A DNA stretch of 64,000 bases from Bdellovibrionales bacterium GWB1_55_8 (GTDB lineage: Bacteria > Bdellovibrionota > UBA1018), in the NCBI GenBank assembly GCA_001769835.1, contig MEPR01000073.1, forward strand, positions 1,112-65,111, written 5' to 3'. This document shows, piece after piece, positions 9,575 to 19,597 of this stretch. The first letter of the stretch is position 1, and every line of letters starts with the position of its first letter. The notes below the pieces were generated by a model. The model was not told the origin of the DNA. It was given only the letters and a program-made list of their open reading frames with translations, and did not search any database. The position numbers and the translations under genes were made by a program.

Positions 9575-10416
9575 GGTCGCGTTCTTCCTTTGCCCGTTTT
9601 GGTCAGGGCTTTTCTCCGTCTTTGCAGGTTTAGGACCCCGTTCTTCATGCGGGGCTCAATACCTTCTTCAATCAGCGTTTCGAGCACCTGCAAATCCGTT
9701 GAATCAAGCTTCATGGGCGTAAGCGCGGCAAAACCGGACTCAACTGCATAGCAATCTGATCCAAGTTCATTCTGGAAGCCCTCGTAACTGCCCCCCACCC
9801 AGTAGTAATCGCGCCCACGATGATCCTTACGTCGCAAAATGTTCCCGGAATAATAGCGAAATCCCTGGCGTGTCAGTTCAATCCCTTTGATTTTATTCAT
9901 CGGAATATCCGGAACATTCAGGTTCAGAAAGGTCCGTTTCGGAAGAGGCTTTTTCAGCATCGCTTTCACGACACGTACCGCCAGGCGCGCTGCGCCTTGG
10001 TAATGATAATCCACATCCGACTTCAGTTTCTTGAAGTCTGTTGCGAGACTTACCGCGAGCGAGGGTATACCGAAAATGCACGCTTCACGCGCTGCCGACA
10101 CGGTTCCCGAATAATAGACATCCTGCGCCAGATTCGCGCCCCTGTTGATCCCCGAAATCACGATGTCCGGCGGTTTGCGCATGATTTCCCGAAGCGCGAG
10201 AAAAACGCAATCCGCGGGGGAACCACTCACTCCGTAGAATCCATCCCCCATCGGGAGAATACGGAGAGGTTTATGAATGGTCAGCGAGTGCCCGGTAGCG
10301 CTTTGCTCTTCGAGTGGCGCAACGACGTAAACTTCGCCCAGCTTTTGGAACTCCCGTTGAAGGACCTTGAGCCCGTGTGCCTGGATGCCGTCGTCATTGG
10401 ATAACAGGATGCGCAT
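9571..10416 (-). CDS. surE: 5'/3'-nucleotidase SurE
   Basis: N-terminal MRILLSNDDGI...GL...L motif characteristic of SurE. About 281 aa. Confidence 0.9.
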   Translation of the reverse strand: MRILLSNDDGIQAHGLKVLQREFQKLGEVYVVAPLEEQSATGHSLTIHKPLRILPMGDGFYGVSGSPADCVFLALREIMRKPPDIVISGINRGANLAQDVYYSGTVSAAREACIFGIPSLAVSLATDFKKLKSDVDYHYQGAARLAVRVVKAMLKKPLPKRTFLNLNVPDIPMNKIKGIELTRQGFRYYSGNILRRKDHRGRDYYWVGGSYEGFQNELGSDCYAVESGFAALTPMKLDSTDLQVLETLIEEGIEPRMKNGVLNLQRRRKALTKTGKGRTRP

Positions 10417-10484
10417 ACGCTGATTTTAGCGCGGGCGCTCGCTAACGCAAAGTGGGTCATTTTCTTGACGCGGGCGACGAAATC

Positions 10485-11243
10485 TCAGCGAAGCAGCACG
10501 TCGCGTTCGCTGGCGGTCTCCTCAAGCGCTTTGTTTCTGCGCTCCCCTTCGGGTGTATTGACGCTGGTGTACACGCAATGATGCCCGCCTTGCTCGAGCT
10601 GTTCCACCGCGGCAAGGATAATGGAATGGCCCAGCATCACGGTTCCCAGCGTGGACAAAGGACCCGCTGATACCGTTTCGGTCAGCGGAACCGCTGCATC
10701 ACCGGTAAATCCTCCGAGATCCACCGTTTCGTCGCAAACCTCGAAAAGTCTTTTCCCGGACGGGTGGCGAGAGCTCACCGCGCTGCTATGAGCCACACTC
10801 GTGAATGCGACGGTGAAAAGCCCTCTCTTCTTGGCCTCGATCGCCAGATCAACACCTGCACCGTTGATCCCCGACTGAGAGGCAAGCCAGAGCATCTCCC
10901 CTGCCTTCGGTCTGACACGATTCAGGATGGCGGTAGCAGCACCGGGCGTGCGCTCGAACATCCGAACCACCGGAGGTCCGGCCGTCGGCAGGAGGTAGCT
11001 TGCGAAAAGCGGTATGACAAAAGAGGCGCCCCCGGCGCGGTGATAAAGCTCCATCGGAAAGATGGAGGAATGTCCGCTTCCGAAGACCAGAAGCGACTTT
11101 CCTTCCCGCACATCCGTCACCAGCCGAGTTGCCAGCCGTTCCATAACGGCCTTATTGCGCTCCACTGTTTTTTCAAGATGCGGTAGCGCCACGGCTGCAT
11201 ATTTCGTTACATTCACCATCATCGCTGCTCCTTTGTTATCCAT
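10485..11243 (-). CDS. Conserved hypothetical protein, possible SIS-like/sugar-phosphate-binding fold
   Basis: 252 aa with a GSGHSS glycine-rich loop (LLVFGSGHSSIFP). Occupies the slot between lptD and surE. Weak assignment. Confidence 0.3.
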   Translation of the reverse strand: MDNKGAAMMVNVTKYAAVALPHLEKTVERNKAVMERLATRLVTDVREGKSLLVFGSGHSSIFPMELYHRAGGASFVIPLFASYLLPTAGPPVVRMFERTPGAATAILNRVRPKAGEMLWLASQSGINGAGVDLAIEAKKRGLFTVAFTSVAHSSAVSSRHPSGKRLFEVCDETVDLGGFTGDAAVPLTETVSAGPLSTLGTVMLGHSIILAAVEQLEQGGHHCVYTSVNTPEGERRNKALEETASERDVLLR

Positions 11244-11244
11244 T

Positions 11245-13629
11245 CTATTGACCCGGAATCAGGTCATTTGCGAGATCTGAAATACCGAATCCCGCGCCGG
11301 TGAGATTGATTGCAAGGTCGTAGGACCTGACGAACCCGCTCGTCACGTTATGACCGATCGCGAACGCGAACTTCCAGCAGCGCGAAGGACTCTGGAAGGC
11401 GACATTAAGCTTCTGGCTCATGAACTTTTTTTCCACCAGGTTGTACTCAGAGGTGAACGTCGGAAGGATATGATCCGAAAGCGAGAAATTCACTGTCGCG
11501 CTGAGCGCGTTCGTGCCGCACTTAATGGGGCTGTCCCGACCACACGCTGATTTGTCATAACTGTAGGAAAGCATGAGACTGCGATCATACTGAAGAACGA
11601 GGTGTTTCGTAGCACGCTCAAAAACGTAGGTAGCCGAACTGTTCAGGATCTCCGGGGGAGCATCCGTGTAGGGCGTATAGGAGAAATCGGTTCCCCAGCT
11701 GAACTGATCGAAGGTGAAACCCAGGCGCGATGAAAGCCGCGAGAAGCGCTGATCCGAGCGCTTGAAATTGATTGCCTGGCGCGCACTGAATTCGATGGAA
11801 CGCTGATACGATGCCGATCCCGGCACCAGCGCATTCCCTCGTTTTCGAATCAACTGAGTCGTGAAGCCGTAGGAAAGTGAATTTCCAAGCGGAACAAAAT
11901 AGTTGATGTTGCTCGGACTGGCGTCCAAAGGAACGATATCGCGATTGTCGAAATTATAGCCCTCCGACTCGCGTATCTGCCTGAGAAACGGATGAGCCGC
12001 GTCTTCCCTGACATAAGGAATCCGTGAATACAGGAGGAAAGGACGAATCAGATGCTTCGATTTGGGATAAACCGGGTCGTCAGTGTCATAGATACGTTCA
12101 AGCTGCGTATTGAGTTCGGTCTGGAAGTGCAGGTAACCGCGATTCAAATTCGGAAGCGCGTTGTGGAATGAGTAAAAATAGGAATAGTAAGTCAGCGACG
12201 GAATGACCGAGGCGATTTCGAACGGTTTTACCGCCGTATAGAGCATCGGGGTCACCGCCACGCGAGTCGCTTCGCGGACCGGATCCACTCCGGGCAAGGG
12301 TACCAGGCCCGAGTTCGCCGGGTCCTGACCAAAAGGAAACCGGGACTGGTCAAAATCGAAAGGGCCCGAAGAGCGCGTGAAATTCGCAACTCCGACGCTC
12401 ACCCCCCCGATGAAGGGTGTATTGAACAGGAACTGGTCATTGGTCGTGATCACGGCTTCGGGCAGCTTCTGAACGGTCCTCGAGTCAAAGAGCTCGATAC
12501 GCGCGCGAGGGTCCGGATTCGTATTGAGAAGATTGCGCATTCGCCGGAAGTCAACAAACGCGCTCAGCTCCGAGGATGTCTTCGAAAAACTCAGGTCCGA
12601 CGAAAGAACCGGTTCAACGGCACCCGGAACATCGCCCACAAAATTCGGATAGAGATTGTCACTGACCTCCAGTATCCGCGTCTTCGCCTCAATTCCCCAG
12701 GGCAGCTCCTGGATCTGCGATATATCCAGAGCCCATCGCCCCACCGACGAATCACCGGGATCCCTCAAGATCGAGACTCCCGCGCTAGTGTCGTTCAAAT
12801 GAAAAAACCGGGCCGTTCCCGAACTTCGAGGAGTCAGCGCATACCGCCCCTCCCATTCCAGGCGTCGTCCCCGTGCGGTGTACTGGCCTAACCCGAAAGT
12901 CATGTCAGCGCTCTCATCCAGAGCCCAAAAGAAAGGCAGAACGAAGATAAACCCATGCTGGTCGTTCACTTTCAAGGTCGGAAACAGCAATCCGCTCTGC
13001 CGGCGCGTTTTGATCGGCACCACGAGATACGGGAACCACACGCTCGGGGTATCCTGAATCTTCACCGTGACGTTCTTGAGATAGGCGTATCCTTCGACTT
13101 CAAGATCGACGTCTTCCGCCTGAAAAGACCAGCTCTGAGGACAATCCCTGCAAGTACTGTATTCTCCCCAATGCGTCTGAAAACGCCCGGCACCGAGTTT
13201 GTTGATGCGTTCGCCGGAAAGGGAAAAACGATCATTCGAGACACGGCCGCTCACAATCGATCCGGTCCGCGTGTCCAGATTGAAACGCATCTCCTCACCG
13301 TGAATCACGGTATCGGTCGCGGTATAAACACAATTTCCCTTAGCCTGGACAGTGCGCTCCTCGAGATTGAGCAGAATATACTCGGCGGTGAGGATTTCGC
13401 CGGGTTGCCGGAGAATGGCTCGCCCGAAAAGCTCGACCTTGTTCGCGCGGCGGTTCCAAAGCTGCCTCTCGGCCGAATAATGAAGCGGGCTCGTCTCTTC
13501 GATCGCGAATGACGGGGAGGCGCCCAAAAGAGGAAATACAGTCAGAATGAGCAGGACGAGAATACGGAAGACCCCGTACTCGAGAACCTTCAAATAGGAA
13601 ACCGGCACGTCTGTCGCCCCAAGCACCAC
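11245..13629 (-). CDS. lptD: LPS-assembly outer-membrane protein LptD (OstA family)
   Basis: 794 aa. N-terminal signal or TM segment, an OstA-like N-domain (GEEMRFNLDTRTGSI...), a long beta-rich C-terminal region and a C-terminal aromatic residue. Overlaps the accD start by 40 nt, so the real start may be downstream. Confidence 0.65.
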   Translation of the reverse strand: MVLGATDVPVSYLKVLEYGVFRILVLLILTVFPLLGASPSFAIEETSPLHYSAERQLWNRRANKVELFGRAILRQPGEILTAEYILLNLEERTVQAKGNCVYTATDTVIHGEEMRFNLDTRTGSIVSGRVSNDRFSLSGERINKLGAGRFQTHWGEYSTCRDCPQSWSFQAEDVDLEVEGYAYLKNVTVKIQDTPSVWFPYLVVPIKTRRQSGLLFPTLKVNDQHGFIFVLPFFWALDESADMTFGLGQYTARGRRLEWEGRYALTPRSSGTARFFHLNDTSAGVSILRDPGDSSVGRWALDISQIQELPWGIEAKTRILEVSDNLYPNFVGDVPGAVEPVLSSDLSFSKTSSELSAFVDFRRMRNLLNTNPDPRARIELFDSRTVQKLPEAVITTNDQFLFNTPFIGGVSVGVANFTRSSGPFDFDQSRFPFGQDPANSGLVPLPGVDPVREATRVAVTPMLYTAVKPFEIASVIPSLTYYSYFYSFHNALPNLNRGYLHFQTELNTQLERIYDTDDPVYPKSKHLIRPFLLYSRIPYVREDAAHPFLRQIRESEGYNFDNRDIVPLDASPSNINYFVPLGNSLSYGFTTQLIRKRGNALVPGSASYQRSIEFSARQAINFKRSDQRFSRLSSRLGFTFDQFSWGTDFSYTPYTDAPPEILNSSATYVFERATKHLVLQYDRSLMLSYSYDKSACGRDSPIKCGTNALSATVNFSLSDHILPTFTSEYNLVEKKFMSQKLNVAFQSPSRCWKFAFAIGHNVTSGFVRSYDLAINLTGAGFGISDLANDLIPGQ

Positions 13630-14462
13630 ATCAGACGTCGAAGCTCGCCCGCAAGATCCTTGCGAGGAACTATTCGGTCAACGAAGCCGTGCTCCAGAAG
13701 AAACTCGCTGCGCTGAAAGCCCTTGGGCAGCGACTGCCGGATGGTCTGCTCGATCACCCTCGGACCGGCGAACCCGATCAAAGCCGCGGGTTCAGCCAGA
13801 ATGATATCCCCGAGCATGGCAAATGAGGCGGCAACCCCACCCGTCGTGGGATCCGTGAGAACAGAAATATAAGGGATGCCTTCCGCGCGAAGCTGGCTTG
13901 TGATCGCGGTCGTTTTCGCCATCTGCATCAGGGAGAGAATCCCTTCCTGCATGCGGGCCCCGCCGGAGGAACTGATGATGACGGCCGGAATACGCTCCTT
14001 CAACGCGGTCTCGAAAAGCCGCGCGACTTTCTCTCCGACGACAACACCCATGCTGCCGCCCATGAACTTGAATTCGAAAACGCCAAGGCAGTACGGCAAT
14101 CCCTGGAGTTTGGCCTTTCCGGCGACAAACGCGTCGCGGACACCGGTGCTGCTCGCGGCCGAGCGCAGGCGGTCCTTATAAGGTTTTATGTCGTCGAATT
14201 CGAGAGGATCGGTGGAAACCAGATCTTCGGCGAATTCATCAAAGCTCCCCTCATCCGTCAGCAGCGCGATACGCTCCGTGGCAGTCATTCGAAAGTGATA
14301 GGAGCACTCGGGGCAGACCTGATGATGATCTTTCAGTACCTTTGATTGCAGTATCTCGCCACATTGCGTGCACTTGACCCACATGCCTTCCGGAACCTTG
14401 GAGGTGCGCTGTGAGACCTGGGCGCGAATGCGCGGAGTTTTAAGATCGTCAAACCATGACAT
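13590..14462 (-). CDS. accD: Acetyl-CoA carboxylase carboxyltransferase subunit beta
   Basis: N-terminal zinc ribbon (CTQCGE...CPECSYH). Carboxyltransferase motifs (GGSMGVVVGEK, GGARMQEG). Confidence 0.9.
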   Translation of the reverse strand: MSWFDDLKTPRIRAQVSQRTSKVPEGMWVKCTQCGEILQSKVLKDHHQVCPECSYHFRMTATERIALLTDEGSFDEFAEDLVSTDPLEFDDIKPYKDRLRSAASSTGVRDAFVAGKAKLQGLPYCLGVFEFKFMGGSMGVVVGEKVARLFETALKERIPAVIISSSGGARMQEGILSLMQMAKTTAITSQLRAEGIPYISVLTDPTTGGVAASFAMLGDIILAEPAALIGFAGPRVIEQTIRQSLPKGFQRSEFLLEHGFVDRIVPRKDLAGELRRLMWCLGRQTCRFPI

Positions 14463-14534
14463 AAGTGACGGGAAACTTAACAGGCAACCCGCTCTGAATC
14501 AACGCAGGTCTTTAAAATCCCTCAGGAACCCTTT

Positions 14535-15893
14535 TTAACCGTCGGCACGGGACCCTTTTCCGAGCCTTCCGGCCGAAAACGCGCGGTCAAAGGCCTGGAC
14601 GGCGCTCGGATCGAACTGGGTTCCGGCATGCTTGAGGATCTCCTGACGAGCGTAACTGGGATCCAGCCCCTTCCGGTAGGGCCGGGTGCTGACCATGGCA
14701 TCGTAGGTGTCGGCAACCGAGATGATGCGGGCAATGAGCGGAATTTCCGGGCCGCGCAAACCTTGCGGGTAACCGCCGCCGTCCCAACGCTCATGATGAT
14801 AGCGCATGCCGACGATGACTTCCCGAAGACCTTCGACTCGACTCATGATGTCATAGCCCATCTTGGGATGATTCTGCATCACCTTCCATTCGGCATCATT
14901 CAGCTGGGCCTGCTTCTTCAGAATACTGTCCTCAATTCCGATTTTTCCCACATCGTGAAGAATCGCGGCAAGCCGCAGAGTTTCCAGTTGCTCCGGCGGT
15001 AGCGCCATCTCTTCCGCAATGGCCATCGAATAAAACACCACGCGCTTCGTGTGACCGCCGGTATAACGGTCTTTCTGTTCAATGGCCTCGGCCAGGGCCT
15101 CGCAGGTTTCAAAGAAGTTCTTCTTGATGTCCGAGTAAAGGCGCGAGTTCTCCACGGCGATCGCTACCTGATGGCTTAACGTATCGAGCAGTCGCTTGTC
15201 CTCGTCATAGAAATCCGGCCAGGGATGCAGCGATGACCTGGGAGGTACCGATGGAAGCTTGTTCAGGGCTTGAAGAACCCCGATCGTCTTTCCCTTCACG
15301 CGAAGCGGAGCACAGATCATGGTCCGAGCCAGGAAAGAAGGCCCGGATTCGCCCGGGCCAGGGTGCGCTGCTCTAGTTTTTTTGAAATGACGGGAATCGT
15401 TTTCCACATCGTTCACAACCAGGCTTTCACCCGTCATTGCGACATAACCCGCGATCGACCGATCATCGATCGGGAGCCGCACTGATTTCTGCAGCCGTTT
15501 TCCGACCTCGCCCAAGGCGGTTTCCCAGTAAAGTTCCGCTCGTTTCTCATCCACAAGATAGAGCGATGCGGTTTCACAACGCAGGAGTCTGCAAGTGGCC
15601 TCGAGCGCCTTCTCGCGGACAACGGCTGTTTCAAGGGTTGAATTCAGCAGACTTGAAAAATCGTTCAGGTATTCGAGCTGTTGAACCTTTTCCTGCATCT
15701 GACGGATCACTTCCGCCATTTCGGATTCCAAGCCGCGAATACGGCCTAAAACAGCTGAAACTTCTTCTCTGGTATCGGTTTGAGGAGATGTGCGGGGCGT
15801 CCCCTGCGGGACTTTGCTTGATGGCCTGGGTGGCATAGGCCTCCTGCCTTGGCCGGCGTTAGGAAACCATCCTGGCTTCCTCGAAAATTTCAC
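14535..15893 (-). CDS. GAF domain-containing HD-GYP phosphodiesterase (c-di-GMP signalling)
   Basis: HD motif ILHDVGKIGI and later HHERWDGGGYP (HD-GYP signature). An N-terminal GAF-like region precedes it. The start codon is uncertain (possible internal Met). Confidence 0.8.
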   Translation of the reverse strand: MKFSRKPGWFPNAGQGRRPMPPRPSSKVPQGTPRTSPQTDTREEVSAVLGRIRGLESEMAEVIRQMQEKVQQLEYLNDFSSLLNSTLETAVVREKALEATCRLLRCETASLYLVDEKRAELYWETALGEVGKRLQKSVRLPIDDRSIAGYVAMTGESLVVNDVENDSRHFKKTRAAHPGPGESGPSFLARTMICAPLRVKGKTIGVLQALNKLPSVPPRSSLHPWPDFYDEDKRLLDTLSHQVAIAVENSRLYSDIKKNFFETCEALAEAIEQKDRYTGGHTKRVVFYSMAIAEEMALPPEQLETLRLAAILHDVGKIGIEDSILKKQAQLNDAEWKVMQNHPKMGYDIMSRVEGLREVIVGMRYHHERWDGGGYPQGLRGPEIPLIARIISVADTYDAMVSTRPYRKGLDPSYARQEILKHAGTQFDPSAVQAFDRAFSAGRLGKGSRADG

Positions 15894-16049
15894 TCAAGAA
15901 GAGTGAAAAAACGGTCGAAAAAATAGCCTCAGTGACTGGTCATCCTAACCTCACCGAGGCCCGCGAGAGTTCTAATCTAGTCTCCCTGAATCCTTCCTTG
16001 GATTCTTTCCACAACCACACTTATGAGTTTACGGTGGTTCCAGACTGGG

Positions 16050-16976
16050 TCAATACCCCTCACCACTTTTTTGAAAAATTTTTACCGCTGACTCATAGAC
16101 GACGTTCCTCGGAACATCGTAATGGCGACACACATGTTTCACGGATTCCGATGCAGGCACACCAGCATCCTTCAAACAGAGCAGAGCCTTAACCCATTCT
16201 GAACTATTGAGGCTGGGTAACCCTGTTCCAGAAAACTCTGTATCCCCAGCGGCTTGAGGGAATTGAACTGCAAAACACCATTCACCGCGGGTTCCTGAGT
16301 TTTCCACTTCCTGAGCGATTGCTTCAGAAACCGCCTCCGCCCCCCCAGCAAAGATTCGCTCATGAAGCTTGGTCAATTCCTTCGCGGCGACAACTCGCGC
16401 ATCCGGAGAGACCTCTGCGACCTTCTGAAGACTTTTTAGAATTCGCTCAGGACTCTCAAACCAGACCCAGACCCTCACCTGCCTGGACGCTGCGGCGGTT
16501 TTCAGCTCTGTCTCTCGATCGGAGTCCTTTCGCGGGAAAAACCCGCGGAAAGCGAAAGCCGTTTCCCCAAATCCTGAAACAGACAGCAAGGCCATGACCG
16601 CCGAGGGTCCGGGAATGGTGACGACGGTCACCCCGGCCTCACGTGCGGCGGCAACCAGCAATGCTCCGGGATCACTGATGCCCGGGGTCCCGGCGTCCGT
16701 AACGACCGCCAAAGATTCCCCCGCGAGAAGTCGCGCCACGAACGTGGCGACCTTTCCGGCGCTGGCGTGGGCGTCAAAACGCTCCAGGCCTGAAATGGGC
16801 CGGTCGATGAGTGATCCGGCGATGAGACGAGCCGTCCGGCGCGTATCCTCGCAAAGCACGGCGTCAGCTTCCGTAAGGACCTGCTTGGCCCTTGGGCTCA
16901 AATCGTCCAGATTCCCGATCGGGGTCGCGACCACGGCGAGCTGTCCCGGCAAAACTTGCCTCTTTAACGAGTCCAT
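16050..16976 (-). CDS. rsmI: 16S rRNA (cytidine1402-2'-O)-methyltransferase RsmI
   Basis: Tetrapyrrole-methylase fold motifs LAVVATPIGNLDDLSPRA...LCEDTRRT. The start is placed at MDSLKRQ (16976) rather than the ORF start at 17033. This leaves a plausible divergent intergenic region to the STAS gene. Confidence 0.85.
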   Translation of the reverse strand: MDSLKRQVLPGQLAVVATPIGNLDDLSPRAKQVLTEADAVLCEDTRRTARLIAGSLIDRPISGLERFDAHASAGKVATFVARLLAGESLAVVTDAGTPGISDPGALLVAAAREAGVTVVTIPGPSAVMALLSVSGFGETAFAFRGFFPRKDSDRETELKTAAASRQVRVWVWFESPERILKSLQKVAEVSPDARVVAAKELTKLHERIFAGGAEAVSEAIAQEVENSGTRGEWCFAVQFPQAAGDTEFSGTGLPSLNSSEWVKALLCLKDAGVPASESVKHVCRHYDVPRNVVYESAVKIFQKSGEGY

Positions 16977-17057
16977 GGGCCGCACGATAATGGAACCTGC
17001 GGCGAAAGGAAAGCCGCTACGAAAAACGTTCAATAATACGGATTCCGGAGGATCAGG

Positions 17058-17414
17058 ATGAAGACGCAGTTCAAAAAGGTCGGCGACACGATTGTAGTCT
17101 CGATGGATGGAAAGCTCGATTTCGAGACCCAGCTGCCCCTCCGCGAGGATCTAAACAGATTGATCAATAAAACGAAATCAGACTCCACCCCGAAAAAGAT
17201 CATTTTCAACCTGGAGAATCTCGACTTCGTGGGTTCAAGCGGGATTTCGTCTTTCGTTCAGACGCTGAAGGAGTTCAGCAACAACGCTTCGACCAAACCG
17301 CGGTACTGCAACGTCAAAAGCGAGTTCCGGCGCGTCATGAAAGCGTTCGAAGAAACCGAAATTTTCGAATTTTACGATAACGAAGATCGCGCGCGCAAAA
17401 GCTTCGATCAGTAA
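17058..17414 (+). CDS. STAS-domain protein (anti-sigma-factor antagonist-like)
   Basis: 118 aa. SpoIIAA-like pattern with conserved FVGSSGISSF (phosphorylatable Ser region). No partner anti-sigma kinase is adjacent. Confidence 0.65.
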   Translation: MKTQFKKVGDTIVVSMDGKLDFETQLPLREDLNRLINKTKSDSTPKKIIFNLENLDFVGSSGISSFVQTLKEFSNNASTKPRYCNVKSEFRRVMKAFEETEIFEFYDNEDRARKSFDQ

Positions 17415-17786
17415 TCAAAGGTCCATCCGTATATTCCGGATATGCTCCCAGGCTCCGCCGTTTTGCGCGAGTACGTCCACTCGCGCGCTTTTCGCCCTTC
17501 CATCGTAACGCAGCAGAAACATCCCGATGGCGCGCTTGAGCTTCCTCCGTTTGCTGAAGCTGACGCTCTCCAGCGCCGAAACCCAGCTTCCCTCGGCACG
17601 TGACCTGATCTCGACAAACACGAGTTCTCGTTCACCATCCGGAAGCTCCTCTTCCAGGATCAAATCGATTTCCCCGACTTTGCACCGGAAGTTACGCAGC
17701 AGCAGGCGCATGCGATAACAATTCAGCAGCCAGACGAGCGCGTCTTCCTCAGCGCGAATTCCGAGGTCTCTTGAATACTTTCCCAT
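17415..17786 (-). CDS. yraN: YraN-family (UPF0102) predicted endonuclease
   Basis: About 123 aa. Motif GEIDLI...LVFVEIRSR typical of UPF0102. Located downstream of rnhB, as in many genomes. Confidence 0.7.
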   Translation of the reverse strand: MGKYSRDLGIRAEEDALVWLLNCYRMRLLLRNFRCKVGEIDLILEEELPDGERELVFVEIRSRAEGSWVSALESVSFSKRRKLKRAIGMFLLRYDGRAKSARVDVLAQNGGAWEHIRNIRMDL

Positions 17787-17816
17787 GAGGAAAAGTCCAT
17801 GGCAGCTCTCGTGCCA

Positions 17817-19535
17817 TCAGGTGACTCGTGATTTCTTCGGAATTTCGACAAAGAAGACGCTTCCGCCACCTGGATTGTTCTCCACCCAGATCCTGCCCCG
17901 GTGCATCTCAACAAGCTGTTTGGCGATGGCCAGACCCAGACCGCTTCCCTTCACCCCTTCTTTTCCCACTCGTTCGAAACGAGTGAAGACGCGCTCCTTG
18001 TCCTGATCGGGAATACCCTCGCCCTGGTCTCTGATGGAAATCCGGCAGGCATTTCCCTGATCCTGAACCGCCAGGCCGATCCGTGTTCCTTCCGGACTGT
18101 ACTTGATGGCGTTGGAAATCAGGTTCGAAAAGACGTCAATCAGCATTGGGTTCACTTCGGCGCGGCATTCCCCGACAAAACTTTCGTCGAGAACCATGCC
18201 TTTCGCTTTCAGCTGAGGTTCGAACTCCTGAATCGTCTTTTTCAGAAGCGACCCGAGATTCTCTTCAGCAAACACCAGGTCCGTGGCTTGGGCCGCTCGG
18301 GCATACTTGGCGGCACTTTCACACTGGCTGATGAGGCTTTCAGTCGATTTCGCGATTCTGCCGATGGCCCTGAGCTTAAGGGGATCTTTCTCGATTCGAG
18401 TCAGAAGCTCCGCGGATACCTTGATGGCAGAGGCGGGGTTCATCAGATCGTGCCTGAGAATATCCGTGAACAGATCCTTCAACCGATTCGCTTCCTTGAG
18501 CTTCTCGGTGTTTGCCTTCAAATCCCGTTCGGCTTTCTTTCTCAGGGAAACGTCCGAAAAGACGTACACGGCACCAATCAGTTGGTCATTCCGGCGCATG
18601 GGATAAACCCGGTACTCCACCTCAAGACCGCTGCCATCCTTGCGGAAATAAATTTCATCGTCGACCCGGATGCTTTTCCCTTCCTGGTAGGCACGACAGC
18701 CAAGACAATCCTCGACCGCATAAAATGATCCGTCACGATGCGTGTGGTGAAAGATCGGATGCAGGGTCTTTCCAAGAAGCTCTGAGGCTTCACTGTAACC
18801 GAGCAATTGCAGACTGGCTGGGTTCACGAAGGTGCAACGACCTTCCATATCCACGCCCAGGATCCCTTCGCCCGTCGATTCAAGCAAAAGCCGCGTCTGC
18901 TCCTCGCTTGCCCTGAGCTTCTCTTCCGCTTTCTTTCTTTCGGAAATGTACCGGACAGAAGCGCAATTCAGCTCACGTCCGCCATACTCCACATAGCGCG
19001 CGGTCACCTCAACGGGGACGAGTTCACCGCTTTTAGCGCGATGTACCGTCTCAAAGGTCAGGGTCTTCCGCGTTCGAAGCTCTTTCCAGTGCAAAGGCCA
19101 GCGCTCAGGAGGGAAATTCGGATCCAGCTCTGCGATCCTCATCTGTTCGAGCTCCTCGCGCGTGTATCCCAAGGCGCGCCCCCCTACCTCATTCACATAT
19201 AAAATCCGCCCGGTCTCTCCACTCCAGAAAACCCCATCTCCCGCAAAATCCACCGAGATCTGTGTAAATCGCAGCTTTCGCTCCTCGTTTCTGAGAATCG
19301 CCAGAAGTCCGATCACGACCACCAGCGCCATAGAAACAAAGAGCCTGGGCACCACTTCCACTATGGACGGCTGAAGAAGATGCATCTGGAGACCTGCGCC
19401 TGGTTCCAGAACGGCATGAAGCCAGCTGTCGAAAAACCAGTACAACGCCACGACCCCCAGGCCCACGATCAACGAGCGTCCGAATGCTCTCGGATTCGAG
19501 AGCTCTTGTGATGACCTGAGCGCTGAATGCGGCAT
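17817..19535 (-). CDS. PAS-domain sensor histidine kinase (membrane-anchored)
   Basis: N-terminal TM helices and two PAS-like regions. HisKA H-box (DILRHDLMNPAS) and HATPase_c (N, G1, G2 boxes: NLISNAIKYSPEG, IRDQGEGIP, GSGLGLAIAKQL). Confidence 0.8.
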   Translation of the reverse strand: MPHSALRSSQELSNPRAFGRSLIVGLGVVALYWFFDSWLHAVLEPGAGLQMHLLQPSIVEVVPRLFVSMALVVVIGLLAILRNEERKLRFTQISVDFAGDGVFWSGETGRILYVNEVGGRALGYTREELEQMRIAELDPNFPPERWPLHWKELRTRKTLTFETVHRAKSGELVPVEVTARYVEYGGRELNCASVRYISERKKAEEKLRASEEQTRLLLESTGEGILGVDMEGRCTFVNPASLQLLGYSEASELLGKTLHPIFHHTHRDGSFYAVEDCLGCRAYQEGKSIRVDDEIYFRKDGSGLEVEYRVYPMRRNDQLIGAVYVFSDVSLRKKAERDLKANTEKLKEANRLKDLFTDILRHDLMNPASAIKVSAELLTRIEKDPLKLRAIGRIAKSTESLISQCESAAKYARAAQATDLVFAEENLGSLLKKTIQEFEPQLKAKGMVLDESFVGECRAEVNPMLIDVFSNLISNAIKYSPEGTRIGLAVQDQGNACRISIRDQGEGIPDQDKERVFTRFERVGKEGVKGSGLGLAIAKQLVEMHRGRIWVENNPGGGSVFFVEIPKKSRVT

Positions 19536-19597
19536 AGTGTTTGGACAAGCCTCGGCGCCTTATAGCATGGCATTCGCTTGACGGACCGAGACAGATG

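Noticed and set aside
15894-16050. Possible small RNA or tRNA in the 156-nt gap between the HD-GYP gene and rsmI, and in other gaps (61339-61569, 53487-53560)
   Set aside because: No cloverleaf-compatible stems, no GTTCGANTC T-loop-like motif and no conserved ncRNA motif (RNase P, SRP, tmRNA) were recognisable by eye. These gaps are more simply explained as promoter or intergenic regions.
17033-17058. rsmI starting at the ORF's first Met (17033), only 24 nt from the divergent STAS gene
   Set aside because: That would leave no room for two divergent promoters. The conserved RsmI N-terminus begins at the internal Met (16976), so the shorter model was adopted.
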